A stretch of 64,000 bases of DNA from an uncultured Chloroflexia bacterium (GTDB lineage: Bacteria; Chloroflexota; Anaerolineae; B4-G1; SLSP01), in contig CAVVUS010000024.1 in assembly GCA_963751345.1 (NCBI GenBank), positions 64,001 to 128,000 on the forward strand, read 5' to 3'. Below are positions 11,086 to 20,674 of the stretch, in pieces. The stretch's first letter is position 1. Each line of letters begins with the position of its first letter. The notes beneath the pieces were generated by a model. It was given only the letters and a program-made list of their open reading frames with translations. It had not been told where the DNA came from and made no database searches. Both the position numbers and the translations under genes were made by a program.

Positions 11086-11622
11086 AACGCCGTAGTCTCC
11101 GTCCTCTCGCCGATACACCAGGCTCAGCCGCCCGTCTGCCGCATCAACAAAGAGGAAGAAGTGGTGTCCCAGCAGCTCCATTTGCTCGATCGCTTCCTCC
11201 GCCAGGATGGAGCTCACTTCGAACTCCTTGACCCGCACGATGCTGGGAGCTTCCTCTTCAGCCAGTTCTGTCTCGATTTCCGCCGCAACCGTTGGCGCGC
11301 TGGGAGCCTGACCACGCCGCATCGTGCGCTGGCGCCCCTTGTAGCGCTCCACCCGCCGGGACATCTTGTCCATCACCGAATCCACGGCGGCGAAAATGTC
11401 ACCCCCGCGTTCCTCGGCCCGCAGAATGGCCTTGGGAACGTAGATGGTGATCTGAGCCACCATACGGCGAGCGTTGTCTCTTGCGTTACTTTCGGAGAGG
11501 TCAACTCGGATACTGTCAAGGTTCGGCAGGTACCGCTGAAGCTTTGAGACCTTGGCCTCCACATAATCGCGAAGCCGTTCGGTCAACTCCAGGTTACGAG
11601 TGTAAATCTGCAGCATTTCCAT
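11068..11622 (-). CDS. hpf: Ribosome hibernation promoting factor, long form
   Basis: ATG 11622 with SD AGGAGG; LTERLRDYVEAKVSKL, LRAEE...AVD, EEAIEQMELLGHHFFLF, VYRREDGDYG. Confidence 0.95.
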   Translation of the reverse strand: MEMLQIYTRNLELTERLRDYVEAKVSKLQRYLPNLDSIRVDLSESNARDNARRMVAQITIYVPKAILRAEERGGDIFAAVDSVMDKMSRRVERYKGRQRTMRRGQAPSAPTVAAEIETELAEEEAPSIVRVKEFEVSSILAEEAIEQMELLGHHFFLFVDAADGRLSLVYRREDGDYGVLKPNY

Positions 11623-11654
11623 AGTTTGAATCCTCCTTGTCGCTAAGATGGGTG

Positions 11655-12383
11655 TCAGACGGCATGCGACAGGGTAAATGCGTTCACCGTCCTGGCACCT
11701 TGGGCGAGCAACGCCACAGCACAAGCATCCAGAGTGGCCCCCGTCGTGGCCACGTCATCGACCAGCGTCACGCACATTCCTGAAAGGTCTCGGCTCTCAG
11801 AACACAGGAACGCATCTCTCACATTTGTCCAACGCTCGTGAGGCTTCAACCGGGCCTGCGACTTGGTCGATCGAACTCGAAAAAGCAGGAACTCGTCCAA
11901 TGGCAAAGCAATGCGTGAAGCCAACTCTCGTGCTAATAACGTGGACTGATTATATCCACGTTTTGCCTCTCGATCAACATGCAAGGGCACGGGCACCAGG
12001 AGGTCACCCGTGAAACGAACTTGACGCCAGGCGTCGGCCATGCGTTGACCCAGAGGGTGGGCGACGCCCCGGCCTCCTCTATACTTTAGTGCATAGATGG
12101 CATCCCGGATTTGGTCCTGAAACACGTACACCGAATGGATAGGGGCGACGTGGAGCGGCGCAGCACGACACCGCATGCAGATACCGTGGCCATCCCAGGC
12201 ATTCCCGCACCGTGGACAGACGGCGCGGGCGGCAAAGGGAAGCTGCTCTGCGCAGGAGTCGCAGAGCCAAGTCTCGACCCTGCCACACACGACGCAACGC
12301 GGGGGCAGAACGAGATCCAGGAGGTATGGAGTGAGGTGTCTGATGAAACGGGTGCCGTGGTTCACACGTCCCACATCAGCCAA
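11655..12383 (-). CDS. comF: ComF family protein (double zinc ribbon plus phosphoribosyltransferase)
   Basis: Four CxxC pairs, LKY, VPVPLH...RGYNQS, LVDDVATTGATL. Confidence 0.93.
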   Translation of the reverse strand: MADVGRVNHGTRFIRHLTPYLLDLVLPPRCVVCGRVETWLCDSCAEQLPFAARAVCPRCGNAWDGHGICMRCRAAPLHVAPIHSVYVFQDQIRDAIYALKYRGGRGVAHPLGQRMADAWRQVRFTGDLLVPVPLHVDREAKRGYNQSTLLARELASRIALPLDEFLLFRVRSTKSQARLKPHERWTNVRDAFLCSESRDLSGMCVTLVDDVATTGATLDACAVALLAQGARTVNAFTLSHAV

Positions 12384-12391
12384 CGTCCCTC

Positions 12392-13327
12392 CTAGAAAGT
12401 GCCGAAGACCCCGGAGTCGCGGATCTGAAGCAGGGCCGGCCCGAGAAGTACAATCAGGATGGTGGGGAAGATAAAGAAGACCAGGGGAATCATCATCTTC
12501 ACCGGGGCTTGCCGGGCCTTCTCCTCAGCACGCTGGCGGCGCTTGAGCCGCATCGTATCAGACTGGATGCGCATAACTCTGGCCATGCTGACGCCCAACT
12601 GATCGGCCTGGATGATTGCCGCGGTGAAACTGGTTACATCCGGAACGTCCATGCTGTTGGCCATATTACGCAGCGCCTCGCGGCGCAACTTCCCCAACTG
12701 CATCTCCTGGACAGTACGTGAGAACGCGCGACTTAGCTCATTATCCCACTTCTCGGCCACCTTTTGCATGGCGGCATCGAACCCCAATCCGGCCTCGACA
12801 CAGATCGTCAGCAGGTCGAGCGCGTCCGGCATCGCCTTCATGATCTCGTCCTGGCGTTTCTTGATCTTCGATCCCAGCCAAGTGCCCGGAAGCAGATACC
12901 CCAACCCAAACGCGACGATGATGATGAGCAGCTTCTGGCCAAAAGGAACGGAGGACGCAAAGACCACCAGAAGCGACGACACCCCAAGGACCAGTGCGCC
13001 ACCGATCCGATAGGCCAGAAACTGCGCCGGTCTGACCTTATGGGCGATTCCGGCAAGTGCCAGCTTGTGGCGGACCGTTTCCAGCGTGTTTTGAGGCGTG
13101 AATCGCTGAACGAGCTGGCCCAGTGCTGCAACCATTGGAGCGAGAACCCGCTGGCTGAAAGGCCGGGAGAGCTCAATCTCCTCAAGTGTGATCGACTGCC
13201 CCATCGCGGAAAGCTCGTTGAGGCGATCTTCGATTGTCTGGGATGACCCACGTCCGCGTACCACGGCAAGTGTGAGGAGCCCGCCTACAAGTACGAGTGC
13301 CCCAATAATGAATACCGGTAGCATCAT
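12392..13327 (-). CDS. tadC: Tad pilus platform protein TadC
   Basis: PDALDLLTICVEAGLGFD, IIQADQLG, RRQRAEEKA, PVKMMIPLV. Confidence 0.92.
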   Translation of the reverse strand: MMLPVFIIGALVLVGGLLTLAVVRGRGSSQTIEDRLNELSAMGQSITLEEIELSRPFSQRVLAPMVAALGQLVQRFTPQNTLETVRHKLALAGIAHKVRPAQFLAYRIGGALVLGVSSLLVVFASSVPFGQKLLIIIVAFGLGYLLPGTWLGSKIKKRQDEIMKAMPDALDLLTICVEAGLGFDAAMQKVAEKWDNELSRAFSRTVQEMQLGKLRREALRNMANSMDVPDVTSFTAAIIQADQLGVSMARVMRIQSDTMRLKRRQRAEEKARQAPVKMMIPLVFFIFPTILIVLLGPALLQIRDSGVFGTF

Positions 13328-13333
13328 CCCTCC

Positions 13334-14284
13334 TCAGACCTCGATACTCACGATTTTGTTGATCGTGAAGTACCCGATGACAATCAGCACCAGGGAGATC
13401 CCCAGCATCAACCAGCCACATGGGTCGGTGAACAGCGGGCCGATGAATCCCGGGTTGATGAGGTAGATCACCAGACCGAGTACGAAGGGAAGACCTGTGA
13501 TGAGGTAACCGGTATAGCGACCTTGAGAGGTCAGCGTCCTGATCTCCCCCTTGATCCTGACCCGCTCCCGGATCGTGAAACTGATGGCATCCAGTACCTC
13601 CGCTAGATTGCCGCCGACCTCGCGCTGAACGCTCATCGCGGTGATAATGAGGTCCATGTCTGCACTAGGCATGCGCCGCAAGAGGTTTGCCATCGCGGTG
13701 TCAAACGTGATGCCGAGTTGCAGTTCCAATACAACTCGACCGAATTCCTCGGAGATTGGCTCTGGCATCTCATTCCCGATAACTTCAAGCGCCTGGACTG
13801 TACTGTAACCGGCGCGGAGCGAGTTGACAATGAGGTTGAGGGCATCGCTCAGTTGACCGTTGAACTCATTCAGACGCCGGCTCTTGCGAACGCCCAGGTA
13901 GATCCTAGGGGCGAAAAAACCGATGATCACGCCGACTGGAATCAGTATCGTCCGGTGGATCGCATAGAAGAGCAGGCCCAGCAAGAGGGCCAACAGCAGC
14001 GAGAGCACCAGGAACTCACCCGCGTTCCATTTGAGGTTTGCCTGCGCCAATTGGGTTGCAAGGTTCTGCGCGAAACTCCGACCCTCAATCGCGCGGTTCA
14101 CGGCCGAGCTGACGAAACCCTCGCGAGGAGACTCTGGCTTGTCCTCAGCCTCGGCCTGACGCTGGGAACGTCGGCCCAAGCGCTCCTCAACGAGGGCTTG
14201 CCCTGTAGGTTTCGAGGCAAGTCCAACGACCAGGAGGACGACAGCCAACAGAAGCACAGCACCGATCATGATTATGGGGCTCAT
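13334..14284 (-). CDS. tadB: Tad pilus platform protein TadB
   Basis: ATG 14284 with SD GGAGG; QLSDALNLIVNSLRAGYS, QREVGGNLAEVL, IRERVRIKGEIRTLTSQGR. Confidence 0.92.
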   Translation of the reverse strand: MSPIIMIGAVLLLAVVLLVVGLASKPTGQALVEERLGRRSQRQAEAEDKPESPREGFVSSAVNRAIEGRSFAQNLATQLAQANLKWNAGEFLVLSLLLALLLGLLFYAIHRTILIPVGVIIGFFAPRIYLGVRKSRRLNEFNGQLSDALNLIVNSLRAGYSTVQALEVIGNEMPEPISEEFGRVVLELQLGITFDTAMANLLRRMPSADMDLIITAMSVQREVGGNLAEVLDAISFTIRERVRIKGEIRTLTSQGRYTGYLITGLPFVLGLVIYLINPGFIGPLFTDPCGWLMLGISLVLIVIGYFTINKIVSIEV

Positions 14285-14347
14285 GCCAAACCAACCTCCC
14301 TCACTCTGGATATCTCCAGCTATGAGAACAGCCACCTCGCATCCGGG

Positions 14348-15748
14348 TCAGAACCGCATGCGCTGACCGACACCGAAGATTGAGGGAGAAAGGTGAATGC
14401 CAGCTTGCTCAATGCGGTCCATGAACTTCGGACGTATACCAGTGGGACGGAGCTTACCGATGACGCGACCATTCTCAAATCCACTTTGCTCGAACTTGAA
14501 GACTTCAGCGGTCGTGATGACGTCGCCCTCCATCCCCTGAACCTCAGTGATGGAAACCACGCGGCGCGTTCCATCACGCAGACGCTCCAATTGCACGATG
14601 AGGTCAATTGCTGCGGCTACTTGCTCGCGGATGGCACGGTGGGGCAAGTCCATTCCTGCCATCAGAACCAACGTTTCCAGGCGGGAAAGTCCATCACGCG
14701 TGTTGTTGGCGTGGATCGTCGTCATACTGCCCTCGTGGCCGGTATTCATTGCCTGCAGCATGTCCAGGGCCTCACCGCCCCGACATTCGCCCACGATGAT
14801 GCGATCGGGCCGCATTCTCAGGCAGTTTATCACGAGGTCGCGGATCGAGATCTCCCCTCTCCCCTCCACATTGGGTGGCCGGGATTCCAACGTGACCACG
14901 TGCTCCTGACGAAGCTGGAGCTCTGCCGCGTTCTCAATCGTGATAATCCGGTCTTCCGAAGGAATGAAAGCGGACAGAACATTCAGGAACGTCGTCTTGC
15001 CGGTACCCGTGCCGCCGGAGACGATGATATTGACCGCTGCGACAACGGAGGCCCGCAGGAACTCGATGGATTCCTCAGTTATCGTACCAAACCGTATCAG
15101 ATCCTCAACGGTGAGAGGTTTCCTGGAGAACTTCCGGATCGTCAGAATGGGACCCTGCAAGGATATCGGAGGAATCACGGCGTTGACCCGTGAGCCATCT
15201 TTGAGACGCGCGTCAACCGTAGGGCTACTCTCGTCGATGCGGCGTCCGAGTGGTGCCACGATGCGCTCGATGATGCGCATCAGATGCTCATCGGACTCAA
15301 ATGTGACGTTGACACGCTCGATCTTGCCGCTGCGCTCGACAAAGATCTTCTTGCCGCCGTTGACCATAATCTCAGTGATGGACTCATCTGCCAGAAGTGG
15401 CTCCAGGGGACCCAGGCCTAGGATCTCTGCGACGATGACCTCGAACAGCGTATCCCGCTCGCGCCGACCCAGGATGATGCTCTCTTCCTGGAGGATCTCA
15501 TCGTACATATTCTTGATGGTCTGCCGAACTTCATCGGTACGCGACACATCCATCGCCGGATCCATCTCGGCAATGAGCCGGTTCTGGACTCTGTTCTTGA
15601 GGTCCATATAGGCATCGCGAGCCTGGGGCACCGGTCGCCGCTGAACACCTCGGTCCGCAGATTTCGGGGACCTCGATTGCGACGAGGTATCCTCACTCCG
15701 ATCCGATACATCCGACGGCCTCTTCTCAATCCTGCGCAAGAGAGACAT
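14348..15748 (-). CDS. cpaF: Tad pilus assembly ATPase CpaF/TadA
   Basis: GLGPLEPLL, VDARL.DGSRVN, GGTGTGKTT, LRMRPDRIIVGECRG, AMNTGHEGS. Confidence 0.95.
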   Translation of the reverse strand: MSLLRRIEKRPSDVSDRSEDTSSQSRSPKSADRGVQRRPVPQARDAYMDLKNRVQNRLIAEMDPAMDVSRTDEVRQTIKNMYDEILQEESIILGRRERDTLFEVIVAEILGLGPLEPLLADESITEIMVNGGKKIFVERSGKIERVNVTFESDEHLMRIIERIVAPLGRRIDESSPTVDARLKDGSRVNAVIPPISLQGPILTIRKFSRKPLTVEDLIRFGTITEESIEFLRASVVAAVNIIVSGGTGTGKTTFLNVLSAFIPSEDRIITIENAAELQLRQEHVVTLESRPPNVEGRGEISIRDLVINCLRMRPDRIIVGECRGGEALDMLQAMNTGHEGSMTTIHANNTRDGLSRLETLVLMAGMDLPHRAIREQVAAAIDLIVQLERLRDGTRRVVSITEVQGMEGDVITTAEVFKFEQSGFENGRVIGKLRPTGIRPKFMDRIEQAGIHLSPSIFGVGQRMRF

Positions 15749-15785
15749 AACTCACCTCAACAAGCATCACACGATAGTCTGCAGC

Positions 15786-17076
15786 TTACAGCAAACGGCC
15801 CAATCCGGCGTGCCGCTGTGGATCGAGATCGGGCTGCTCTTCCTCCACGGCGGCATGGACCCGGTCGTGGACCTTTCCGGCCAATGTTACGACGCCCTGT
15901 CCCAGCAGAGTCCGGCTGCCTTTCGTCATCACGGGTTCTCCCAGATTGGCAGCCCGCAGTGCGGTGCGCTCGTCCATGGGAATGTGGGCCAGGGCCGGCA
16001 TCATTGCCCTTTCGATAGCCTCGGGCTGGATTCCCATCCGCTTGTTATCCACGCCGTTGATGACTAATCCCACCTTAGTGATATCATAGTTCAGCTTACG
16101 GAGCAGGTCCACGAACAACCTGGCGCCCCGAATCTCCGGGATCACCGGACGTGTCACAATCAGAAGCAAATCGCTCATATCCATTGCAGCCAAGAGCACA
16201 TCATCGACTTGGTGAGCGGTATCAACGACGATGTAATCAAACAAAGGACGCGCGAAGCCCAGGATGGCTCGGAAACGCGTGTTGGCACCGCTCTCCTCCG
16301 TCCCCCCCTCGCGGAATATCTCGGCCTCTTCGGGCGACATCGGCGCCGTCAAGACCCTGACACCCGAATCGTGAGTCACCACAATTGAGTTCATCAGGTC
16401 GGGATCAAGATCAGACGCGTGCGGGGCGAGATCCGCCAGCGTACGCCCAGGTTGGAGTTTCATAAAGACGGAGACGTCGCCGAACTGCAGATTCCCGTCT
16501 ATGAGACATATCTTGGATTCGGGACCCAGCTTGTTCTGCAAAGCGATGGCCAGATTCACCGCCAGGGTTGTGCACCCCGTTCCCCCCTTGGGGCTATAGA
16601 GCGTCACGATCTTGGCCTCAAGCGGGCTAGCCGGCTGTCCGGGCGCAGCGTCCGCCTGCGCCGGCCGGGAGCGGGCCGAGTGGCCCAGTGCCCATCTTCT
16701 GCTTCAGCTGGTAGGCCCGATGGATAGCATCCATCAGCTCGTCTGCCCCAGGGGGTTTCGTGAGATAGTCTCGGGCGCCGGCCATCATTGCGCGCCTGAG
16801 GTAGTCGGTCTCGCCCTGGACAGAGAGCATGATCACTTGCACCGTGGGGATTACCTCGATCACCTTGGCCGTCGCAGCGATGCCGTCTATCCCCGGCAGG
16901 TTAATGTCCATCAGGATCACATCGGGGAAGGCCTGGGAGACGATCTCGACCGCTTCTTCCCCGGTTGATGCCAGAGCCACAACCTCCACATCAGGATCAA
17001 ACGAGAGCAGTTTGCGTAACTGCTCTCGCGTCTCCGCAATATCGTCAACAATCATTACCCTGATGCGATCCGCCAT
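15786..17076 (-). CDS. cpaE: CpaE/TadZ-like protein: receiver domain plus MinD/ParA ATPase (indel near 16662)
   Basis: REC motifs IVDD, LMDINLP, YLTKP; after one extra base the frame continues AQADAAPGQPASPLEAKIVTLYSPKGGTGCTT. Confidence 0.88.
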
Positions 17077-17088
17077 AGCCAAGCCTTC

Positions 17089-18186
17089 CTATTGCTCTGG
17101 TGGAATCGCCGTCGGTTCCGGCAAGACCTCCAGCGGGGGATGGAGTGACACCGGCCCAACAGGATCAACGGGCATCGCGTCCGGCAACTGGTACCTATCG
17201 AGTATATACCTGAACCAGATTGGCTGAGTCTGAAGTACCGTACCCGTCACGCCGGCCGGTCTGAGCGCCAGATCCAGGTCAGCGCCCATCTCATAGAGGT
17301 ACTTGAGTACGAGGGCATCCTCTCGCGTCACCAGCAACGTTATCAACTCAACATCACGCGCCTCCGGCTGGATCGGTACAGGAGTGGGTGCGGCTTCCGG
17401 ACCACCCAGGGCTGCGGTCGCAGGCTGTGGAACTGGGGTAGGCGCCGCTTCCTCCTGCCATATCCCAATGTGCCAAACCTCGGCGTCCTGAACCGTCATC
17501 TGGACGAGCAATGCAGGATCCGCTGCCGGCTGGCCTTCTGAGGGATAGATCGCCGCCCACTTGCCGTTCGGAAGCAGCTCGAAATCTCCGAAGGGACTCG
17601 TCTGCGCGACATCCTGCTCGCCGCCGCTCTGGAGATACGTAAACTGCCTGACGCCCGTATCGACGAAGTCCGTATAGACAGGGGCCATCTTCAGAGCCGC
17701 GAGGACATCTACCCGATCTCCGGGCTCCAGTGCCCAGCCAACCGCGCCCTGGGTATCGATAGGAATGGCATACGCCACCCGGTCCTCAGGCTCGAATAGG
17801 GCGGCCGCTGATCCCGACACGGAGAGCATTCCCCCCGGCCCAGCCACCATATCGGGCAAGACCGGCATGCCGCGCGGGATCTCCAACCGTGCAAACTTGC
17901 CATCGACCTCATCCAGGGAGGTATAGTACTCCACAGGCAGATTCTCGACCGGCCACGCTTGAAGTGCGATCGCGTTATCCTCAACGCTGACCCGCATACC
18001 TCGCGGTATGCTCTGGATTGCGACCACGATGTCTACCGTCTCAACGGGAACAGACACAGGGGTCCCCTCCGCGGGCTGCTCGGGCGCGCCCGGCGAGCGC
18101 TGCAAGAACAAGTACGCGGCCCCAGCAATTGCGGCCAAGACGATCAAGACCAATGCGAAGATAACCAACCCTCTGTTCCCACGCAT
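17089..18186 (-). CDS. cpaB: Flp pilus assembly protein CpaB/RcpC (SAF domain)
   Basis: N-terminal TM, VVAIQSIPRG, LEPGDRVDVL, TLLVT.EDA, LALRP; SD AGGAGG before GTG/ATG region at 18186. Confidence 0.85.
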   Translation of the reverse strand: MRGNRGLVIFALVLIVLAAIAGAAYLFLQRSPGAPEQPAEGTPVSVPVETVDIVVAIQSIPRGMRVSVEDNAIALQAWPVENLPVEYYTSLDEVDGKFARLEIPRGMPVLPDMVAGPGGMLSVSGSAAALFEPEDRVAYAIPIDTQGAVGWALEPGDRVDVLAALKMAPVYTDFVDTGVRQFTYLQSGGEQDVAQTSPFGDFELLPNGKWAAIYPSEGQPAADPALLVQMTVQDAEVWHIGIWQEEAAPTPVPQPATAALGGPEAAPTPVPIQPEARDVELITLLVTREDALVLKYLYEMGADLDLALRPAGVTGTVLQTQPIWFRYILDRYQLPDAMPVDPVGPVSLHPPLEVLPEPTAIPPEQ

Positions 18187-18232
18187 CAGGACCTCCTTTG
18201 GGCGACGGCTTTACCACATCATGAATCAAGTT

Positions 18233-18252
18233 ATCAGTTTGCGCAAACTGAT
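18233..18252. promoter_or_regulatory. Perfect 20-bp palindrome, candidate operator of the tad-comF operon
   Basis: ATCAGTTTGC|GCAAACTGAT lies between a minus-strand TATAAT (18281-18286) and the cpaB start. Confidence 0.6.
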
Positions 18253-18436
18253 GCCAAACACTACAAGAGCAGTACGTTTAATTATAACCTATTTTAGACA
18301 AACGTGATAGGGGAAGTATCACACAATATCAGCCTATCGACTCACGAATCATTGTATCATAGCCGGAATGACAGCACAACCACCGGAAGTGACGGATGCG
18401 TGTCATGATGACAACGATCGGCCATCAGGCGCGGGC

Positions 18437-18465
18437 TTGACGCTCCAGTACGCTGCAGCTATAAT
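18437..18465 (+). promoter_or_regulatory. sigma70 promoter of ftsY-prfB
   Basis: TTGACG-N17-TATAAT. Confidence 0.75.
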
Positions 18466-18531
18466 CCCAGCCGACATTCAGCGTATGGAGGCGGTCCGGG
18501 ATGTGGCTCGCCTGAGAGGGACAACGACGGG

Positions 18532-19431
18532 ATGAAAAGCATCTTCGAAAGCCTCAAGAAAACACGCAACACGGTCTTCGGCCAGATCGTCAACCTGCTG
18601 GGTGCAGGAGAGATCACCGATGAGACGTGGGAGGACATCGAAGCACTTCTGATTCAGGGCGACGTCGGCGTTGAGACGACGCTCGCTCTCGTCGAGCGCC
18701 TACGCCAGCGCGTGGAAGAAACGGGCATTTACCGGACGCAAGGGCTCCAGCAGGTTCTGCGCGAAGAGATGATCGCGTTGTTGCCCAAAGCAGAGCCTCT
18801 CAACCTGAAGTGGCCACTAGCGGTGATTCTTATCGTGGGCGTTAACGGGTCAGGAAAGACCACCAGCATTGGCAAACTTGCGTCGCAGTTCAGGGCGCAA
18901 GGTAAGAAGGTCGTGCTGGCTGCGGCAGATACGTTTCGCGCTGCGGCTATGGATCAATTGAAGATCTGGGGAGAGCGCGTTGGCGTACCGGTCGTCGCGG
19001 GTCCCGAGGGAGGAGATCCTGGCGCCGTGGTCTTTGACGCTATGAAATACGCACAGGCCCACAACGCCACCATGCTGATTGTGGATACAGCGGGGCGGCT
19101 GCATACTCAGCACAACCTGATGTCTGAGCTGGAGAAGATACAGAGGGTCATCTCACGGCGGATTGCCTGGGCCCCGCACGAGACCTTCTTGGTCCTGGAC
19201 GCGAGCACAGGGCAAAACGGGATGATCCAGGCCCAGCAGTTCCTCGAGGCCGTGAAGGTCACCGGCATCGTCTTAGCCAAGCTGGATGGCAGCTCAAGAG
19301 GTGGGATGGTGCTCTCTATAGGTCATCAACTCAACTTACCGGTTCGTTACGTGGGAACCGGCGAACAACTGGAAGATCTTGCGCCCTTCGATCCCCAGGC
19401 TTTTGCCGACGGGCTATTGGGCGCCCCATAG
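18532..19431 (+). CDS. ftsY: SRP receptor FtsY (short, NG domain only)
   Basis: GVNGSGKTTS, DTFRAAA, DTAGRL, KLDG, GTGEQLEDL. Confidence 0.96.
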   Translation: MKSIFESLKKTRNTVFGQIVNLLGAGEITDETWEDIEALLIQGDVGVETTLALVERLRQRVEETGIYRTQGLQQVLREEMIALLPKAEPLNLKWPLAVILIVGVNGSGKTTSIGKLASQFRAQGKKVVLAAADTFRAAAMDQLKIWGERVGVPVVAGPEGGDPGAVVFDAMKYAQAHNATMLIVDTAGRLHTQHNLMSELEKIQRVISRRIAWAPHETFLVLDASTGQNGMIQAQQFLEAVKVTGIVLAKLDGSSRGGMVLSIGHQLNLPVRYVGTGEQLEDLAPFDPQAFADGLLGAP

Positions 19432-19474
19432 ACACGATGATATATCGACCAAACCAAGAAATGGAGCAGCACAA

Positions 19475-20564
19475 ATGAGTGACTTAACCGATCGACTCGA
19501 AAACCTGGCGTCCCGGGTGGAAGCCATATGGAGGCGTCTTTGACTTACCTGCACGCATCCAGGAGCTCTCTGCACTAGAGCAGCAGGCCGGTGACCCCGA
19601 TCTCTGGAACAATGCCGATAGTGCCCGCCAGCTACTCCAGAGACTCTCGTCGCTCCAGGAGGAAATCGGGTACTGGACAAAGCTCCGACAAGGGGTCAGC
19701 GACGCTGTAGAACTCGAGTCCATGGGGGACGAAGAGTTGGCCGAGGACCTTGAGCGGGAAGCGACGCGCCTTGAGGCCGAGGTCGATCAGGCCGAGTTCC
19801 GACTGATGCTCTCAGGAGCGCACGATCGAGGCAACGCGATCCTGGCAATTCACGCCGGGGCCGGAGGTACAGACTCACAAGACTGGGCCAGTATGCTGCT
19901 GAGGATGTTTCTGCGTTGGGCGGAGAGGCGGAAATACAAGACCGAGATCCTGGACTCGATGGAAGGCGAAGGGGCAGGGATCAAGAGTGTGACGGTTGGG
20001 ATCACCGGGCAATATGCCTACGGTTATCTCAGATCGGAGCGCGGCGTTCACCGGCTCGTGAGGCTTTCTCCGTTTGACGCTGCACATCGCAGGCATACGT
20101 CGTTTGCGCTGGTTGAGGTGTGGCCCGATATAGAGGAAGAGAGTGAGATCGAGATCGACCCAACAGATCTGCAGATCGACACGTTCCGCGCTTCATCGGC
20201 GGGCGGACAGCATATGCAGAAAAACGAGACTGCGGTCCGAATTACCCACGTTCCTTCCGGACTGGTCGTTTCATGTCAGAATGAGCGGTCTCAGACTCAG
20301 AACCGCGAAACGGCGCTGCGCATACTGAAAGCGCGCTTGATCCAGATCCAGGAGGAAGAACGTCGGAAGCAGATCGATAACCTGAAGGGGGAACACGTCG
20401 ATGCTGGATGGGGCAACCAGATCCGATCCTACGTCCTGCATCCTTATCAGATGGTCAAGGACCACCGCACGGACTATGAGACCGGCAATATCCAGGCAGT
20501 CCTGGACGGCGATCTAGACGCCTTCATGGAAGCGTATCTGCGTCATACACCCAGCGAGAGTTAG
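19475..20564 (+). CDS. prfB: Peptide chain release factor 2 with programmed +1 frameshift
   Basis: ATG 19475 gives MSDLTDRLENLASRVEAIWRRL, then CTT TGA C; the +1 frame is open and joins ORF 19722..20564 with SPF and GGQ motifs. Confidence 0.97.
19530..19544 (+). promoter_or_regulatory. prfB autoregulatory frameshift cassette
   Basis: Internal SD GGAGG, 3-nt spacer, CTT TGA C: the canonical RF2 signal. Confidence 0.95.
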
Positions 20565-20594
20565 CCGCTTACACGTGTTTCGTTTTGGCCATGC

Positions 20595-20656
20595 GAGTGT
20601 CCAGGCGGGCGCGAACCACCCGCCGCTGATGAAACATGACGCGTTGACAAACACTC
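20595..20656 (+). ncRNA. Hammerhead-like (type III) fold with non-canonical core
   Basis: GAGTGT/ACACTC stem, GUC site, GGCGGG/CCCGCC hairpin, CTGATGA, 3-bp AAC/GTT stem, then GACAAA instead of GAAA. Confidence 0.3.
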
Positions 20657-20674
20657 ATCACAGGGGAGGTAGCA

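Noticed and set aside
15786-17082. Separate response regulator and ParA genes
   Set aside because: One base removal joins them into the usual receiver-ATPase CpaE architecture.
19530-19544. prfB frameshift as a novelty
   Set aside because: Real but well established; listed as a feature only.
20644-20649. TTGACA as a promoter for the 413-aa gene
   Set aside because: No -10 box at the right spacing, and it lies too close to the SD.
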